Positions 1-13,578 of a stretch of 64,000 nt of DNA are shown piece after piece. The notes under the pieces were generated by a model. The model saw only the letters and a list, made by a program, of their open reading frames with translations, did no database searches and was not told the DNA's origin. Position 1 is the stretch's first letter. Every line of letters begins with the position of its first letter. The position numbers and the translations under genes are program-made. Source of the stretch: Takakia lepidozioides (Eukaryota > Plantae > Bryophyta); NCBI GenBank assembly GCA_030704615.1, contig CM060731.1:58714001-58778000 (forward strand), written 5' to 3'.

Positions 1-1900
1 ACTGAGATCAAAAGGTGTTTTCCCACCACCAAGAGATCTGTGAAACGTTCGATTCGGAAGTGGCGCATAGAAAAATTCCACAATGAGGAGGTCAAGGCTG
101 AGTACGTCCAGGCCTTGCAAGAGGCTCTCCCTCATTTTGTCCAATCGCTCCAAGAACTTCAGTCACGCTCTGTTAACGCAAGAAATGAAGTCGAAAGAGC
201 AGTGGACTCTTGGGAGAGTTTCGTTTCCTCCGTGGCTGACAAGATCATTGGGAGGAAACTAATTGTCTGCGGTAGAGCAGTTAATTGGTGGACTAATGAG
301 ATTAAACTCAAGATAGCTGAGAGACGAGCCCTCTATAAAGAGTGCTGCAATTTGGAAACCAACAGAGAATTGTGGGCGAGGTACTACCAGCTCCGTAAAG
401 ATATCAATCAGCTTGTTAGGTCTCAGAAGAAATTATACTGGGACAAGTTATACAGTGAAATAAACTCAAACCACCATGGTGGTAATGACAAGAAATTCTG
501 GTTGGCCCTTCAACATTTGTACAAGCTGAAAAACGGTCAGCAAGTAAAGGTGCAGTGGTGACTTCATCGGTTGACATTGTCAAAACCTTTGAAACTCACT
601 ACAGTATCCTTGGCAGAATTTCTAAGTCTAACAGTGAGGGGTCTTCTGCTGAATGGAGGGACACAGTTGGAAAAACTGTTCCTATGATTCAAAACAGCCC
701 TGATGAACTGGAGTATATTTCAATGGCTTATAATGCTCCCATTAGTTCTTCTGAGATTGTGGAAGCAATTGAACATTTAAATGGATATAAAGCTGGTGGA
801 CCTGATGGTATTGTCAACGAGCTTATCAAGCACGGTGGCGAGAGGCCCTAGTTCTTCTCTTTAACCTTATCTGGAAGACTGAAATGATCCCCTTTGGCTG
901 GCGACAGGGGGTCATTGTCAATCTATACAAGACCTGCCTTGGAGTACGGATCTGCTATATGGGTTGATAACTCCAACCAGGCTAAGTCTCTAGAATCCAT
1001 TCAAGTGGGGGTGCTTAAGGAGTGTATGTCAGCATGCTCCAAAACAGCCAATGTGGCTGTTCGGGGTGAGTTTGGCATTCCGTCCTTAAGCTCCCGACGA
1101 GATGAATTCAAGGTCAGATGGTGGGTCAGCTGCAACATATGCCCAACACCAGATATCCTAAGTTAATCGACTCTATATCTTGGAAACAGGACCGCCCTGT
1201 CAAACAGGCTAAGTCCTGGCAGAAGAGAGTAGAAGAGATCCTCAAGGACCTGGACCTGGATCCGCAAGTCGTGACCCTGCTGGATAAATCTGACTTAGAG
1301 GCTGTAGTGTCCTCAGCCATGTCTGTTGCCATGAGATTGTCTGATGTTAGGCAGAAAACTTCCCTGAACTTGTTTCCAGTCTGTGACATGGGGGATGACA
1401 TCTTGGATGACCTCAAGGGTCTACCCACTCTCGGCACTAGACTGAAATTTAAACTCAGGGCAGGAAGCCTACCTTTGAACAGCAAACAGAAGCAGAGAGG
1501 AAAGGGAGAGTGCAATTGCCCGTTGTGTGGGCAATCTGAAGATAGTATTCATTTTCTGATACACTGTCCGGGGTTCTCTCATCAAAGAGACGCTCTCTTC
1601 AAATCTATTAAGGGAATTGTGCCTGTACCCCTGTTTACCAACTTTGAAAGTCTCGAGGCTGAGCCAAAAGCCCAGGCCCTCCTGAGGCCTAGTTTTTGGG
1701 CAAATAACACACAGCAGATTGATGCTTGTGTGAAGGGATTTCTAGAGGATATCTGGAAAACCCGGATTAATTCTTTATATGGAGGTAAGTCTTACTACCA
1801 ACGTCAGCCCCTGACAGAGGTAGGTTCTGTCCCTTTTGTTCCCGCTCAAACTGGGCGCGGGGTCAATGGCCACAAGGCTACGGCAAACAACGTCTTATGA
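1..1900 (+). mobile_element. Degenerate LINE (non-LTR retrotransposon) ORF2 fragment with an internal deletion of the RT core
   Basis: Frameshifted ORFs 40-561, 555-851, 894-1166 and 1118-1900 carry LINE ORF2 motifs: WWTNEIK, KKFW, KAGGPDGI, RPALEYG..IW and a C-terminal zinc knuckle CPLC..EDSIHFLIHC. Near 930 the sequence jumps from the RT start (WRQGVIVNLY) to the thumb region. Confidence 0.85.
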
Positions 1901-2076
1901 GTACAATCTTTTTTGAGATTGCCTTGCTTGGTGCATAATATGTGAGCTTCTGCACAATTTTGTGTGCATTGTTTGCATGCCTCGTGTTTCAGCAGATTGT
2001 TCCTCCCATCTTCAGTCTTGGGTGTGAATCTCAGTTCTCAGAGAATCCACTTGACTTTCTTATGTGTGCAGAGGCA

Positions 2077-3621
2077 ATGACGCAGACTTTTCCATCCGTA
2101 GATTCGTTGAAGGCTGTCTTGTTTGATGTTGATGGCACTCTGGTGGATTCTGATCCTCTCCACTATGTAGCTTTCCGTGAGATGCTCCAAGAGGTTGGCC
2201 ATTTCCACGTCCAACTTTTGGGGATTGCTAGGCTTGAAGTTCTGCTCCTCAAATAGTTCGAGGTTGGTTGCTTCATGATAAATATGAGCATGATTACACA
2301 ACTACCTACAGCGCAGGAGTCATGACTATGTTTAAATTAGAGCTGTGAATTGGATGGTGTGTTGGTGGCTTGTTGTGCTGAACCTTCTCTGATTCAGTTC
2401 ATTTATTTGCTTATCTGCATATGAGTGCTTGAACAGTTTCCTGTTCTGGTTTGAAATAGAGACTCTTGGGAAATGTATAGAAAAAGCTTGAGCAGTAATA
2501 ACAATGGATAGAGGTGTGATAGGTCGGTTTCAATGGAGGCGTGCCCATAACAGAGGGGTTCTTCAGTCAGCATATCAGTGGCAAGCACAACCTGGAGATT
2601 GGTCTTGAACTTTTCCCAGAGTGGGACCAAGAATGGCGGGACAAGTTCTTGGACGATAAGGAAGCACTGTTTCGGAGGTAAAGAGAATTACTGCCATGTA
2701 GTTCAAACAAGGGTGTTGAATGAATTTCATCTTATTGAAGCTGGAGGTGGAGTGAGTTCCATTCTTACCTGCTTCAAAAGAAGCAGCACTCTCCATCCAT
2801 GCTTATGAGCATGTGGGTTCAACTCCAGTCCTCATTATCCTATCAGGTAGCTGCTTTGTGACGCCCTCCCACTTGTGGCCATTTGACAAGTATGGTGGTC
2901 ACTGGTTACAGATGTACTTTTTTGGTCAGGGAATTGAGGTTTATTAGGTCATTTTTGGCGCAGCTTATGGAAGTAGGAAACCCATGTGTTCTACCCTTTT
3001 CATGATATGGAGGTGTTCCTAGTTGATGCTCCACATCGTTATGGTGGAAAGCCAAGGCATTGACCCCAACACTTGGATTGGCAGGATGGCAGCCGTGAAG
3101 CTGGCTCCTGTAATAGGCCTGCACCAACTGACTGACTGGGTACGCAAGCGGGGGCTTCGACGTGCTGCTGTGACAAATGCACCTCGTGTTAATGCAGAGC
3201 AAATGATTGCTGCTGTTGGCCTCACTGATTTTTTTGAGCTTCTTGTGATTGGCAGTGAGTGTAAAAGGGGCAAGCCGTTTCCGGATCCTTACTTAAAGGC
3301 TCTGGAGTATTTCAAAATTTCACCTGAACATGCTTTTGCGATTGAGGTGAGTTCTCTGGGCTACATTTATTCTGACTGTAGAACAGGCCACTTTAGTAGT
3401 TGTGGTACCTGAGGTACTGTTAGTGTAACTATTATGGTGAGAAAAGACTAAACAATGATTTTTTGCAGGATTCACCGTCAGGACTTAAAGCAGCTGTTTC
3501 TGCTGGGCTACCAGTTGTGGGCGTCATCACCGGAAACCCGGGCCCTGTTCTGCTTGCAGCTGGTGCCACATTTCTGATTAAGAATTATGAGGATCCTGCA
3601 TTGTGGCGTGCCTTGGAATAG
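2077..3621 (+). CDS. Haloacid dehalogenase-like hydrolase (Sgpp-type sugar phosphatase). Exons 2077-2193, 2523-2677, 3085-3346, 3469-3621
   Basis: HAD motif I LFDVDGTLVDSD, motif II AAVTNA, KPFPDPY and motif IV EDSPSG are joined in frame across GT-AG introns. Stop TAG at 3619-3621. Confidence 0.92.
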
Positions 3622-5330
3622 ATGCTTATGCTCAACCCTGGCCATCAACTCATAGTAGATGGTTGCATAGTAGCACAGACCCATCGTCACATGCTAGTAT
3701 TTGACTAATGGGTGTCTCTTCTGTCGCTTCAGCCTGGAGTGGCCCCCATTCTGTGTGGAGCACATTGGTATAAGTATCACGGACGTTCTTAATTAGATTT
3801 GATCTGCGGGCAGGGATTCCCTTTCTAATTGAAGGACCACGGATCCCTTACCATTCTTCAACATTCTTCAGCCAGCTAAAGAGGGAACATTGGGGAAATT
3901 TGATAGTGCAAAAAATGACCAAGAGAAAGAGGAGACATTTATTTTCCTTTTCTCTATTAATGTGTGGCCACAGATCCACAGGGCTGCCCAATGAAACATT
4001 CCTCATTTTTCAAGAGGACTATGGGTCTGCACAGTTTGTAGTGCACAAGTGATGCTATTCATCCTTGTTACATGTAAAGCGATAGTAACTGGTCATCTAT
4101 GGCATGATGTAGACTTGACATGCAGGCCATTTTGAGTTGATGTCCATGGACCGTGACCATTCTTCAACAGCAGAGAGTGAACACTCACATCAGTTTGATT
4201 GCGCAAAGAATGACTATGTTGGCACTATTGAGTAAGAAGAGACTATATTCTTCGTTTGCCTCACAGATCCACCTGAGTCATTGCTGATTCAGTGGAACAT
4301 TTTTTGGTTGCTCGGTATGGGAGTTGAATATTCATTCTAATAACATGAGCTCTGATGCCGTACAAGTATTGTGTTCTTCCCCTTCATGCCGTTTGTGGTG
4401 CTGGATATGTTGGAGATGAAAAGGTTTTCGCCTGGTGCCCTAAACCCTAATCCAGAATTGGCTGGGCAACTGAACTGCAGCTGTGGCTGTCAGTCACTTG
4501 CTTCGGTGGCGATGGCGTCCGAGCTTCCAGGGCTTTGTTGGGACCGTGCAGTTTGACCTGGTATGTATTACAGTGCAGACAGCGAGTCTGCGGGATGCGT
4601 GGGTCCCTCTCCCACTCATTGGGAACTGTTGTCTGTTTTCTGACCAAGATCTCTTCAACCTTTTCAACTGCAGTATGTACCCAGTTCCCGCTTCTTTCTC
4701 GGGCTTCTAGTAGAGAGGGAGTTCCAACTTTCTTCTGGATCCAGGAGCACGAGTTCCTCGCCCGCATACGTGGATCTGAGACAGGAAACTTTGTAGCTGA
4801 TGGCGGTGAGGGGTGTATGGATTGCTGCAAGCTCCAAGCTTTCTTGCAAATATGCATTCCTCCCGTGAATGTAGTGAATATATCTTCAGCCGGTGAGTGA
4901 TTGAGGTCTAAGCTGGCCTCATGCATCGAAGTCTCACGCACAGTAATACCGGGGCGAGCTATGAATGGAGAGAGGGCCTTACAAACCTCGTCTCCTAGAA
5001 ACAGGACCACTCCGACATGGAAGTTGTTGACCTATCTGCACGAATGAGCGAGACAGAGATATGAAGTTGCTGGAGCTGAATTATACAGTTATGATGGAAG
5101 CTGAGCACTAAAATCCCTCCAACCTGTCCTCCCTCTCTCTTTTCTTCCAGGATTGAGGCTTATGTCGATCGCATAGATCGAATTGAGCGCAGGGGGCTTT
5201 AGAATGAGATTGAGAACCGAGCAGTCTGAAGAAAGCAATTGGACGATTGCATCATGATCATGCCTTCATGGGCTTCTACTCCACTTTAAAAGGCTAGTCA
5301 AGCTTGCACAAAACTTTAAAGAAAAACATC

Positions 5331-8300
5331 ATGAGCAACAACTCGGATGGAGGTCCAAGTGCACCATTCCTTTCACCCGAAGTGGATATGGAGAACGGTA
5401 TACTGGAGGACGCCATAGGTCCTGATAATACTCCCAAGCCTGAAGCTGCCTCAACAGGCAGAGGAGTGCAAGATGAGTCGGGGCGATTTCGTTCCAGTTT
5501 ATCCTGGCTTGGCCTCGATCAATCGACATCATTGCATGTGGCCTGGTCTTTGATTTTATTTTTCTTGCTCACAGTGGCGGTTCCAATTCTTGAGGTTTCG
5601 TTCGTCTCATGCCAAGATTGCGGTGAAGAGCACAAACATCCCTTTCAAATGCTAGTGCAATACTCAGAATCTGCCCTCGCCACGGTCTCGTTCGTCTTCC
5701 TGTTTCGTGCACTGCGCAAGTATGGGCTTCGCAGAACTCTTCTCCTTAATACGGTCCAATCGATGTCCCCTGAAATTCAGGAAGGGTATGGAAGAAAACT
5801 ACACGTGAGTCTCTCCTCTCACACTCTCTCTGTCAGTCTTGTCCTTAGCGTGTGCCTGCCCAATTCCATTAACAGCCGCATGTGTCACATCGCACCGTGT
5901 GTTGTGTAGTATGGGCAATTTCGGGCTGAGTTCATATCTTGGTGGTTGAATACAGTTAGACGGGGTTCCCCTAGACGTCATGAAGTTTCTTTCTTTCTTC
6001 TTTCTTTCCTGTGCTTCCCCACTGCCACAAATAGTAAAAGAAGGTTGGAAATTTCTTCCAAATATGACTGCAACACAGCTGATGGAACTTTGTGTTAGGT
6101 GGACCTGGAAACCAGCTTACAACAAAGCTGCATTCTATCGGAGGCATTCTTTGTCCTCCGCAATGATAGAATCTTACAGCCCAATTACTTGTCTGCAACT
6201 CTATCTCCATCTCTTCTAAGGGCTTTGGGAGGGCTTAGGGTAGGCTCTCACAGTCTGCGGATAGAGACTGGTAGGTGGGACAACCTGCAGCGTCCTCACT
6301 GCTTGTACCCTGAATGTGCTAGAGATACAGGAGGGAGATTGAAACTGGAAAATGTTTCTTTTTTCACTGTCTTCTCTTCTATGAGATCTGGGGGAGACAC
6401 TATTGCCAACTCCGAGATAGCCAATCCCTTACAGAGGTGTCACTAATGAGAAATGCTTGACAGCATCTCCATGAATCACTACATCTTAGCCAATCCCTTG
6501 CTCAATGGTTGTTTATGGGCTGCTTGTTGGTCCCACTCTCTTTCTCATGTACTGCTTTCTCATCCCACACACTCTTTGACGTTATAAAGTGACGTTATAA
6601 TGTGTAATTTCATTGTTCTCTCTGTCTCTATGTGCTCTGGCCAGAACAGGCACGGGCACTGTGGCTGCAAGGCTCAGCCAAGTGTAATGAGTGCAATTTC
6701 TGTAACCCAAGCCCCCTTATGGATGTCCATTATGTCCATTGCATTATTGCAGTTATACATAGAAGATATCTGTGCAACAAGACAAGCGCTGTTGTAATCC
6801 TATGTCAATCTGCCATTCATGAGTCTGCGTCGTCCAAACACACTGGAGTCTTATTTCCAGGAGTGTCAACACCATCTACTTAACTCAGACACCTGATTGT
6901 TTGGGCAGTATGTAAACTGTCACTATGGATTGATTCGAGTGGGAACTGCCTCCAATTGGGCTAGTGGCATAAGGAGTTATACTGCATGTCCATGTTTCTG
7001 AAGAAAATTCAGTGACTATGTTTTCCTGTCATAGATTCAGACTGGAAAACTGGAATTTCATTCTATTTGAAGTGATGATGTGGTGAGACTTTGATGTGGT
7101 GAAACCCTTGTGTTGAAGCGGGCCTTCATAGAACTCGCCCAGATACTTCTTCCCTGCTTTGTGGTGGAGCTGGTGCACAAAGTGTGGTGGTACACCTACG
7201 TCACGGCTTCAATTCCATTCATCCCACACTCCATTGTGAATGGACTCATGTGCTCAGCCTCCATGCTGGCTTGGCTCTACAAGACGACTGTCTTCCTCTT
7301 CATGTGTGTACTATTCAGGCTCTTGTGCTCACTTCAAATACTTCGGCTTGAAGGCTACAAGCATTTGCTGGAGACAACTACAGACGTTTGTACCATAATG
7401 TCTGAGCACATGCGGATTCGCAAGCAGCTCACTGTCATCAGTCATCGGTTCCGGAGCTTCATGGTGGTGTCGCTATTTGTCATAACATTCAGCCAACTTT
7501 GGTCACTCTTGGTTATAAGTTCAGCCAAGACAATCAATTTTTTCAGGGCTGGAGATTTGTTGGTAAGTACTTTCTTTCTTTTTCTTTTTTCTTTAAAAAA
7601 AAAAGAAAAAAAAGGGAAACACCTGGGAACGACAGCTCACAAATCAGGTCCCTTGATTTAGAGAGGAGAAAATAACCTCTCAGTAACCTCGCCGTAAGGC
7701 TTTCCGATGCGACACCGCGCAAGGAAGGGGGAGAAGAGCATACCACACCCGTCAAGTAGCAGGATTTGACCCCAGGGTCATCTGGAGCTACTGACTGTTG
7801 GTAAGTACTTTCTATTGTGACTGACTCAAATGAATATGCTCTCAGGCGATAGCTTTAGTCTCTCTTCCCATCCTCTGGCAACCTACTTGGGTAGTCAGAA
7901 ATGAGACACGAAGATTGGCATCCATTTTGTACTAACTGTATTTTAAAGTGTTAGTAAGCCCAGCAGCTGGGGCTTTCCCAGACCAGGTCAGCATCAAAGA
8001 GAAATTAAAGGGAAATTCCTTCATACTTTGTCTGGCTTTTGAGACAGAGACATAATCATTGTGTTATTTTGTTGTCTCTTTTACATTCATTGCCCCTGTG
8101 GGGACCAAATTCATGTCCAGATCTCTCAATTATCTTGATTCCGTCTCGAGCTGACTCCATCATCATATCACAGAATGTGAACCTTCAACTGATGAGGAAT
8201 TTTTTGTTCTTTTCATTCATGACCTTTTGGCCGTCTGAGCCGTCTGAGTCGGACACCTTTCCACATCTAAGCTCTACTTCATGATTGTCCTTGCAGGTAT

Positions 8301-9149
8301 GCTCAGTGGTGCAGCTTACTGGATTAGTGCTCTGCTTTCATGGAGCAGCAAAAATCACTCACAGGGCGCAGGGAATCGTGGCCATTGTGAGTCAGTGGCA
8401 TGCCTTAGCGACATTCAGCCCATTGAAAGTGAGCATACCCCAGTCAGATGCTAGCGAAGATTCCTCGGAACAAATTGTCGAACCATTTTCTGTGGCAACT
8501 TATGGGCCCACCCACCCTCTCCTCTGTTATGATTCGTCAGATGACCTCTCCATGTCTCTCAATATTTGGGCACCTGCCACAAATGACTCACACCATGACA
8601 TTGAGGCCTACCAAAAGCGGCAGGCTCTGGGTAAGGCAAAACTCCTCTCTACAACATTAGGAGTTTTCCTACCAGCTCTGTTTGATTTCCACCTTTAGAT
8701 CCCCTTCTTCCCTGTTGAATGGAAGTACTTATCAGTGAGGCAGGGAGGGAAAGAGATGATGATGGAATCATCAACTGTTCCCTGGGAATGTCAGTGATGA
8801 TGAAGCGCTGGCATTGTAATCAAACTCGACAGCATAATGCTTATTCCATCTGTGCCATTATTCACCCACACGCGCAGAGTTGATAGAGAGTATGTAGTCA
8901 CAAGACAAATGTCCATTTGTTGCCAGAAACCAGAAACCCAATAGAGGGCTCGTAGGGTTGCCAGATTTCAATGCACAGTTGCTGATGTGGAAAATAGTGG
9001 GGTTGGCTGGTGCAGTGACGTACCTCGAGCATTCGGGTGCGGGTATTTCACTTTATGGGTTTGTGCTGAATCGAGACTTCCTCTATGCAATTTTCGTACT
9101 TGAATTCTCTCTCACACTTTTCATCCTCGGGAAAACCATCTTGTTGTGA
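5331..9149 (+). CDS. DUF3537 family multi-pass membrane protein, paralog 1. Exons 5331-5804, 7119-7562, 8297-8630, 9016-9149
   Basis: Motifs FRSSLSWLGLDQS, YGLRRTLLL, SLQILRLEGY, EHMRIRKQLTVISHRFR, GAAKITHRAQ, YQKRQALVTYL and GISLYGFVLNR..LGKTI. All junctions are GT-AG and phase-consistent. Confidence 0.92.
5960..6600 (+). mobile_element. 3' fragment of a LINE in intron 1 of DUF3537 paralog 1
   Basis: ORF 6099-6446 contains LRVGSHSLRIETGRW..C, typical of the LINE ORF2 C-terminus. It ends in a short tandem tail tgacgttataaag-tgacgttataa (~6577-6600). The 5' boundary is approximate. Confidence 0.65.
7576..7795 (-). mobile_element. SINE-like insertion (probably tRNA-derived) with an 18-bp target-site duplication
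   Basis: TGTTGGTAAGTACTTTCT occurs at 7558-7575 and again at 7796-7813. On the minus strand the insert has a B-box-like GGGTCAAATCC near its 5' end and a T-run plus A-rich tail at its 3' end. Confidence 0.7.
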
Positions 9150-11218
9150 GCTCAAAGAGCCCAGTCCTAATTGTGATCTGGTGCCTTGATCATTGCTAGA
9201 GGGGCCCCCCTAGAGGTTTTTCAGTGATTTTGAGACTCCTCAATGCTAATGCTAATCTATGGCAGATGTATGCATTCAATGTCAGGGCCCACTTTGCCAA
9301 GTTGGTAGCAGGACCATAAGCACCCATGTGTTACACTCTACTAAGGTGGGCTCATATAGGGAGAATGCCAAGCCCTTTTTGATCTACTCAGCCTACATGT
9401 ATAGCAATGTATCTATGCAGAAAATCCTCATTGTCATTTATGAGAATTTGTACTTTTCTTTTTTGTTTTTTTGTTTTTTTTGGGTTTGTATAGGTAGGGT
9501 GAAGAATGTTTGTAGATTTCAGATGATAATGTCTCTAGTAATTAACCCTTAACTACCCAAGCATACTTTTGTCATAGCCTGTGAAAAACAGAGGAATGGA
9601 AATCATCCAAATAAGTTCAGTGATTTATATGCTCGATTATATCCAATGCCTACCACCCTTGGAAGGAAATTATTCTCTACATTTTTGCTTCACGACTGGA
9701 GCACCTCACATTAGTAACTTGACTTGCTTTCAAACTTCTAGATAATGTCTACAGTCAAACCATAGTTATGGCACTAATAAAGCAGGATATTGGAGGATGT
9801 TAAGACTGCAACAACCTGCAAAACATAAGTTACCAGAATCTGAATCTGGCTGAAGAGGAAGCGGAGTGGACTGTAACTGAAGCGAACACACACAACAAAG
9901 AAAGGTGAGTGATAGTACGGTATTCACGTATTCACTCATAACATGATGCACATTTAACTGAGACAAACAATGTCTGCTGGCAACTTTGAACATGAAATTT
10001 CTAGACCTTTGTTATTGAAATCTCCGAGATCAGCAGTCCACAGTTTGAAGTTGAGAGTGGAGTGACAGAATCAGCGACAGGACCTTGAAGAAAGCATTTG
10101 ATGTTATTCAGTGCACCGGCTCCCTCTCTCTCCCTCTGACAAGGATCGCAAAATGCGCGAGGCAACGTGAGTACTGTATGGCTGCCACGCCGGCTGCCGC
10201 ACTCGTCGTTCCTTCCTATTCTTGAGCGTTCCGTTTGTCACGGCCACGATTACGAGCCTGCCTCCGCAAATTCACATGGGCGGACATAACGCTCCTTGTT
10301 TGCTACTTTGCAAATGCTCTCTTATCTCGGGAACGAAGTCATGAAGGAGGCGACTCTCCAGATTTGGCAGTGCCAACATTGCATTACGTCGAGGTTCTGG
10401 AATTCTGTGTTCTGCAGGCCTCTCTTTGTACCAGACGCGGAGATTGAGCTTTTATGTGAAGCTTGCTAACTTCCGGCATCGCTGTCATGCATGAAATTAA
10501 TGACGAGCTTTTCCAGGTGTGCGTCTTTTTCTGTGGTCGAGGTAGGCGAACACAAGACGCGAAGGCCGCAGTCGGGTGAGGGTGCAGTGGACAAAGAAAG
10601 GGAGGTTGTAGTACAGGGTCGCATCGGTAATGCATGCCTCCAGGATGATGATGCTGTACACGCCTCGTCTCCCCTCCTCTCTTATCCGACGGTTTCTGGT
10701 TAGTCCTTTCTGATCGGCAACTTGTTTGTTCACTACGGATCCTGGTGGAGGTGAAATTGCCTTCTGGACTCACTCTGTCTGTTGGCCATCTCTCCAAAAA
10801 CATTCAGTCGAGTAATTTGTGGACTTTCTGTTGTCCATTGCCTATTCCAGGATTCCTACTAGTTAGTACTGCGTACATTCGATTGATATCACGAGCTCAA
10901 TCGCATGTCACTGACACGTGAAAGCTGATACTTGATTTCTCTAAGCAGCATCACATTCTGATTCAAACGTCTATTTTGTTTTGAGAAGGGGAAGGATTGA
11001 GACAAACTTATGTAAGGAAATTAACATCTGAGTTGTCTTGAGGAGAGCAGTCACATCCCCGTCACATCGTAAAATGCCCTTCATTCCATTTTTCAGAGAA
11101 CATATCAAGCGTGGTAGCCTTTGCTGCCAACTCCGAATATTATATATTTGATGACATAGAGAGGGAAAGTCTGAAATTGGTGATTCCTACAGTACGCTTT
11201 GCGCCAACATCGAGCATA

Positions 11219-12540
11219 ATGAACGGCGGCTCGCACGAAGGCCTTACAGCACCTTCGATCCCACACGAGCCACATTCTAAGAAACGAGCAGTGAATTTCG
11301 AGTTCCCAGACGGGGCACAGTTTGCAGAAGATGGCAGGACTGCAGAGTGTGTAGCCAGCGCCAATACAAGGTGTGGAGAATACAAGAGGTTGATGTCAAA
11401 TCCGAGAGACGAGTTGCGACAATTTCGCTCTGGTTTATTCTGGCTAGGCCTTGATCAATCCACAAAAATCAAGGTGACCTGGTCATGGATTCTTTTCTTC
11501 TTGCTCTCTTTGGTTGTTCCGATCATCAACTTTGCATATGTCTCGTGCAAGGACTGCGACGAAGCGCATGAACATCCCTTTGAGAGGATGGTCCGTTATT
11601 CGGAGTCTGTGCTTGCTGCTATATCTTTCCTCTGTCTGTCCCACATACTGCGCACGTATGGCCTACGCCGCACTCTTCTTCTTGATAAAATCATAAGGGA
11701 GTCCAGTGAAGTGCGGCAAGGGTATGAAGCAGAGCTACATGTAAGTCTCTCCGTCTCTCTGCCTCCTGCTTTCTCTGGATTTCTATGTCTGGTCTTCTAA
11801 TGTTTTAATTATGAAAGGATTCCTCTGCATATGTCCCACATTTTCCTCCAGATCTCTAGAACCTCTCTCTTCCTCGGTGGCTAGTTCAGTAGCTGTATTC
11901 GCTCTAGTACTGGTTCATATACAAAATGTAGATGTCTTAGAAGTTCGTGTGGTCATAATTTGATTGACTTCTGAATCACAGGGTATATGAGACAATAGTC
12001 CCAGTCTGTATGTAAGTTCTTCAGGAACTGTCGACTAGGAATTAACATTACTTGTCGCTCATGTGTGCCAGCGAGCCTTCTCATTACTTGCATGGATCAT
12101 CCTTCCATGCTTTCTGGTAGAGCTGGTGCACAAAGTCTGGTGGTTCATTTACGTCTCCGTGTCAATTCCTCTGAGTGGAGACCCAAGGACTGTAAAAATT
12201 GCAATGTGTACGGCAGCTATGCTATCGTGGTTCTACAAGGCAAGCGTCTTCCTTTTCATGTGTGTTCTCTTCAGGCTCATGTGCTCACTCCAGATACTTC
12301 GACTCAAAGGCTATAGTAAGTTGCTTGCGGAGACACCCGAAGTTTCCATCATCCTTTCAGAGCACATGCGTATCGGCAACCAGCTTCGAACTATCAGTCA
12401 CCGATTTCGTTTATTCATGGTGGCATCCCTGTTCACCATAACCTTCAGCCAACTGTCTTCGCTGTTTGTCATTCTTCTGTCAGCGAGAACAATTAACTTT
12501 TTCAGAGCTGGGGATCTGGGGGTAAGTGTTTTTGCTGATG

Positions 12541-12575
<35 letters not shown>

Positions 12576-13578
12576 GGTTGTTTGTTTGTTCCATTCTCGT
12601 CCCACATTGATCTCCTTGAGCGTAGGACTGTCGACGGTTTCAAAACTTTCTTTCAAGTTCTTTCGGTCTGTAACTCGAAATGCGACAATGGCATTTGAAC
12701 CAAGATGATTTTGCCAACCGTGGAACTTTCAACTTCCAGTCAGTCCACCTTTCACATACTGACTTTCTTCTTTGATGTCGCCTTCTGCAGGTCTGCTCTT
12801 TGGTGCAACTCACAGGTTTACTGCTCTGTCTAAATGGAGCAGCTAAAATCACTCACAGAGCCCAGCGACTTGTGCCAATCGTGAGTCAATGGCATGCTAT
12901 AGCAACATGTAGCCCACTTGCAGTAGCTGTACCGGTTTCAGAGTCCAATACTGAGCCTGCACGGACTTTCTCTGCAGTAAATTATGGGCCCACGCACCCT
13001 CTTCTGTACAATAATTCGTCAGATGACCTGGAGAGATCGATCCATATCTGCTCTAATGAGGCTGCTGAACGAGTCGACCATGATTTGAAGGCATATCAAA
13101 AGCGGCAGGCCCTCGGTAAGGCACATAAAATCGTGTCCTTATGTAGGTCTTTGATGCTCCTCTCCACCCGGATGAGTCCTTTGTAGGAATTATGAAAGAG
13201 GGGCATATGCAAAAAACTGCCAAAACCTCTTACAGAGAAAGCCTTCTTTTGGCATGCTTTTCCTGCCTTGGGTAGCTAGCACTGTATGGGTGGCCTTGTT
13301 AGAAGCGTTAACTTGTGTGCAAGAGACTCTGGTCATGACTGGGTGGTCATGTGTAGCAATATCTTCATTAGATCAAGTTTTACTGGAGTGGAAGATTGTT
13401 TGCTCCTACAATGTGTTAACAGTGGTTTGTGTTGGTTTCTGCAGTGACGTATCTACAGCATTCTCGTACGGGTATTTCACTGTACGGATTTGTGCTAGAT
13501 CGGAGCCTCTTGTACATGATATTTGGGGTGGAATTCTCCCTCACACTCTTCATCCTTGGGAAAACCATCTTTGCGTAG
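11219..13578 (+). CDS. DUF3537 family multi-pass membrane protein, paralog 2. Exons 11219-11740, 12072-12521, 12791-13115, 13445-13578
   Basis: Same motifs and identical intron positions and phases as paralog 1. Stop TAG at 13576-13578. The start ATG was chosen by context. Confidence 0.92.
12543..12572. repeat. (TC)n microsatellite in intron 2 of DUF3537 paralog 2
   Basis: Direct reading of the sequence. Confidence 0.9.

Noticed and set aside
4447-5010. 187-aa minus-strand ORF
   Set aside because: No recognisable motif. It lies antisense to the probable 5' leader of the DUF3537 gene (telo-box AAACCCTAA ~4442, acceptor ~5150).
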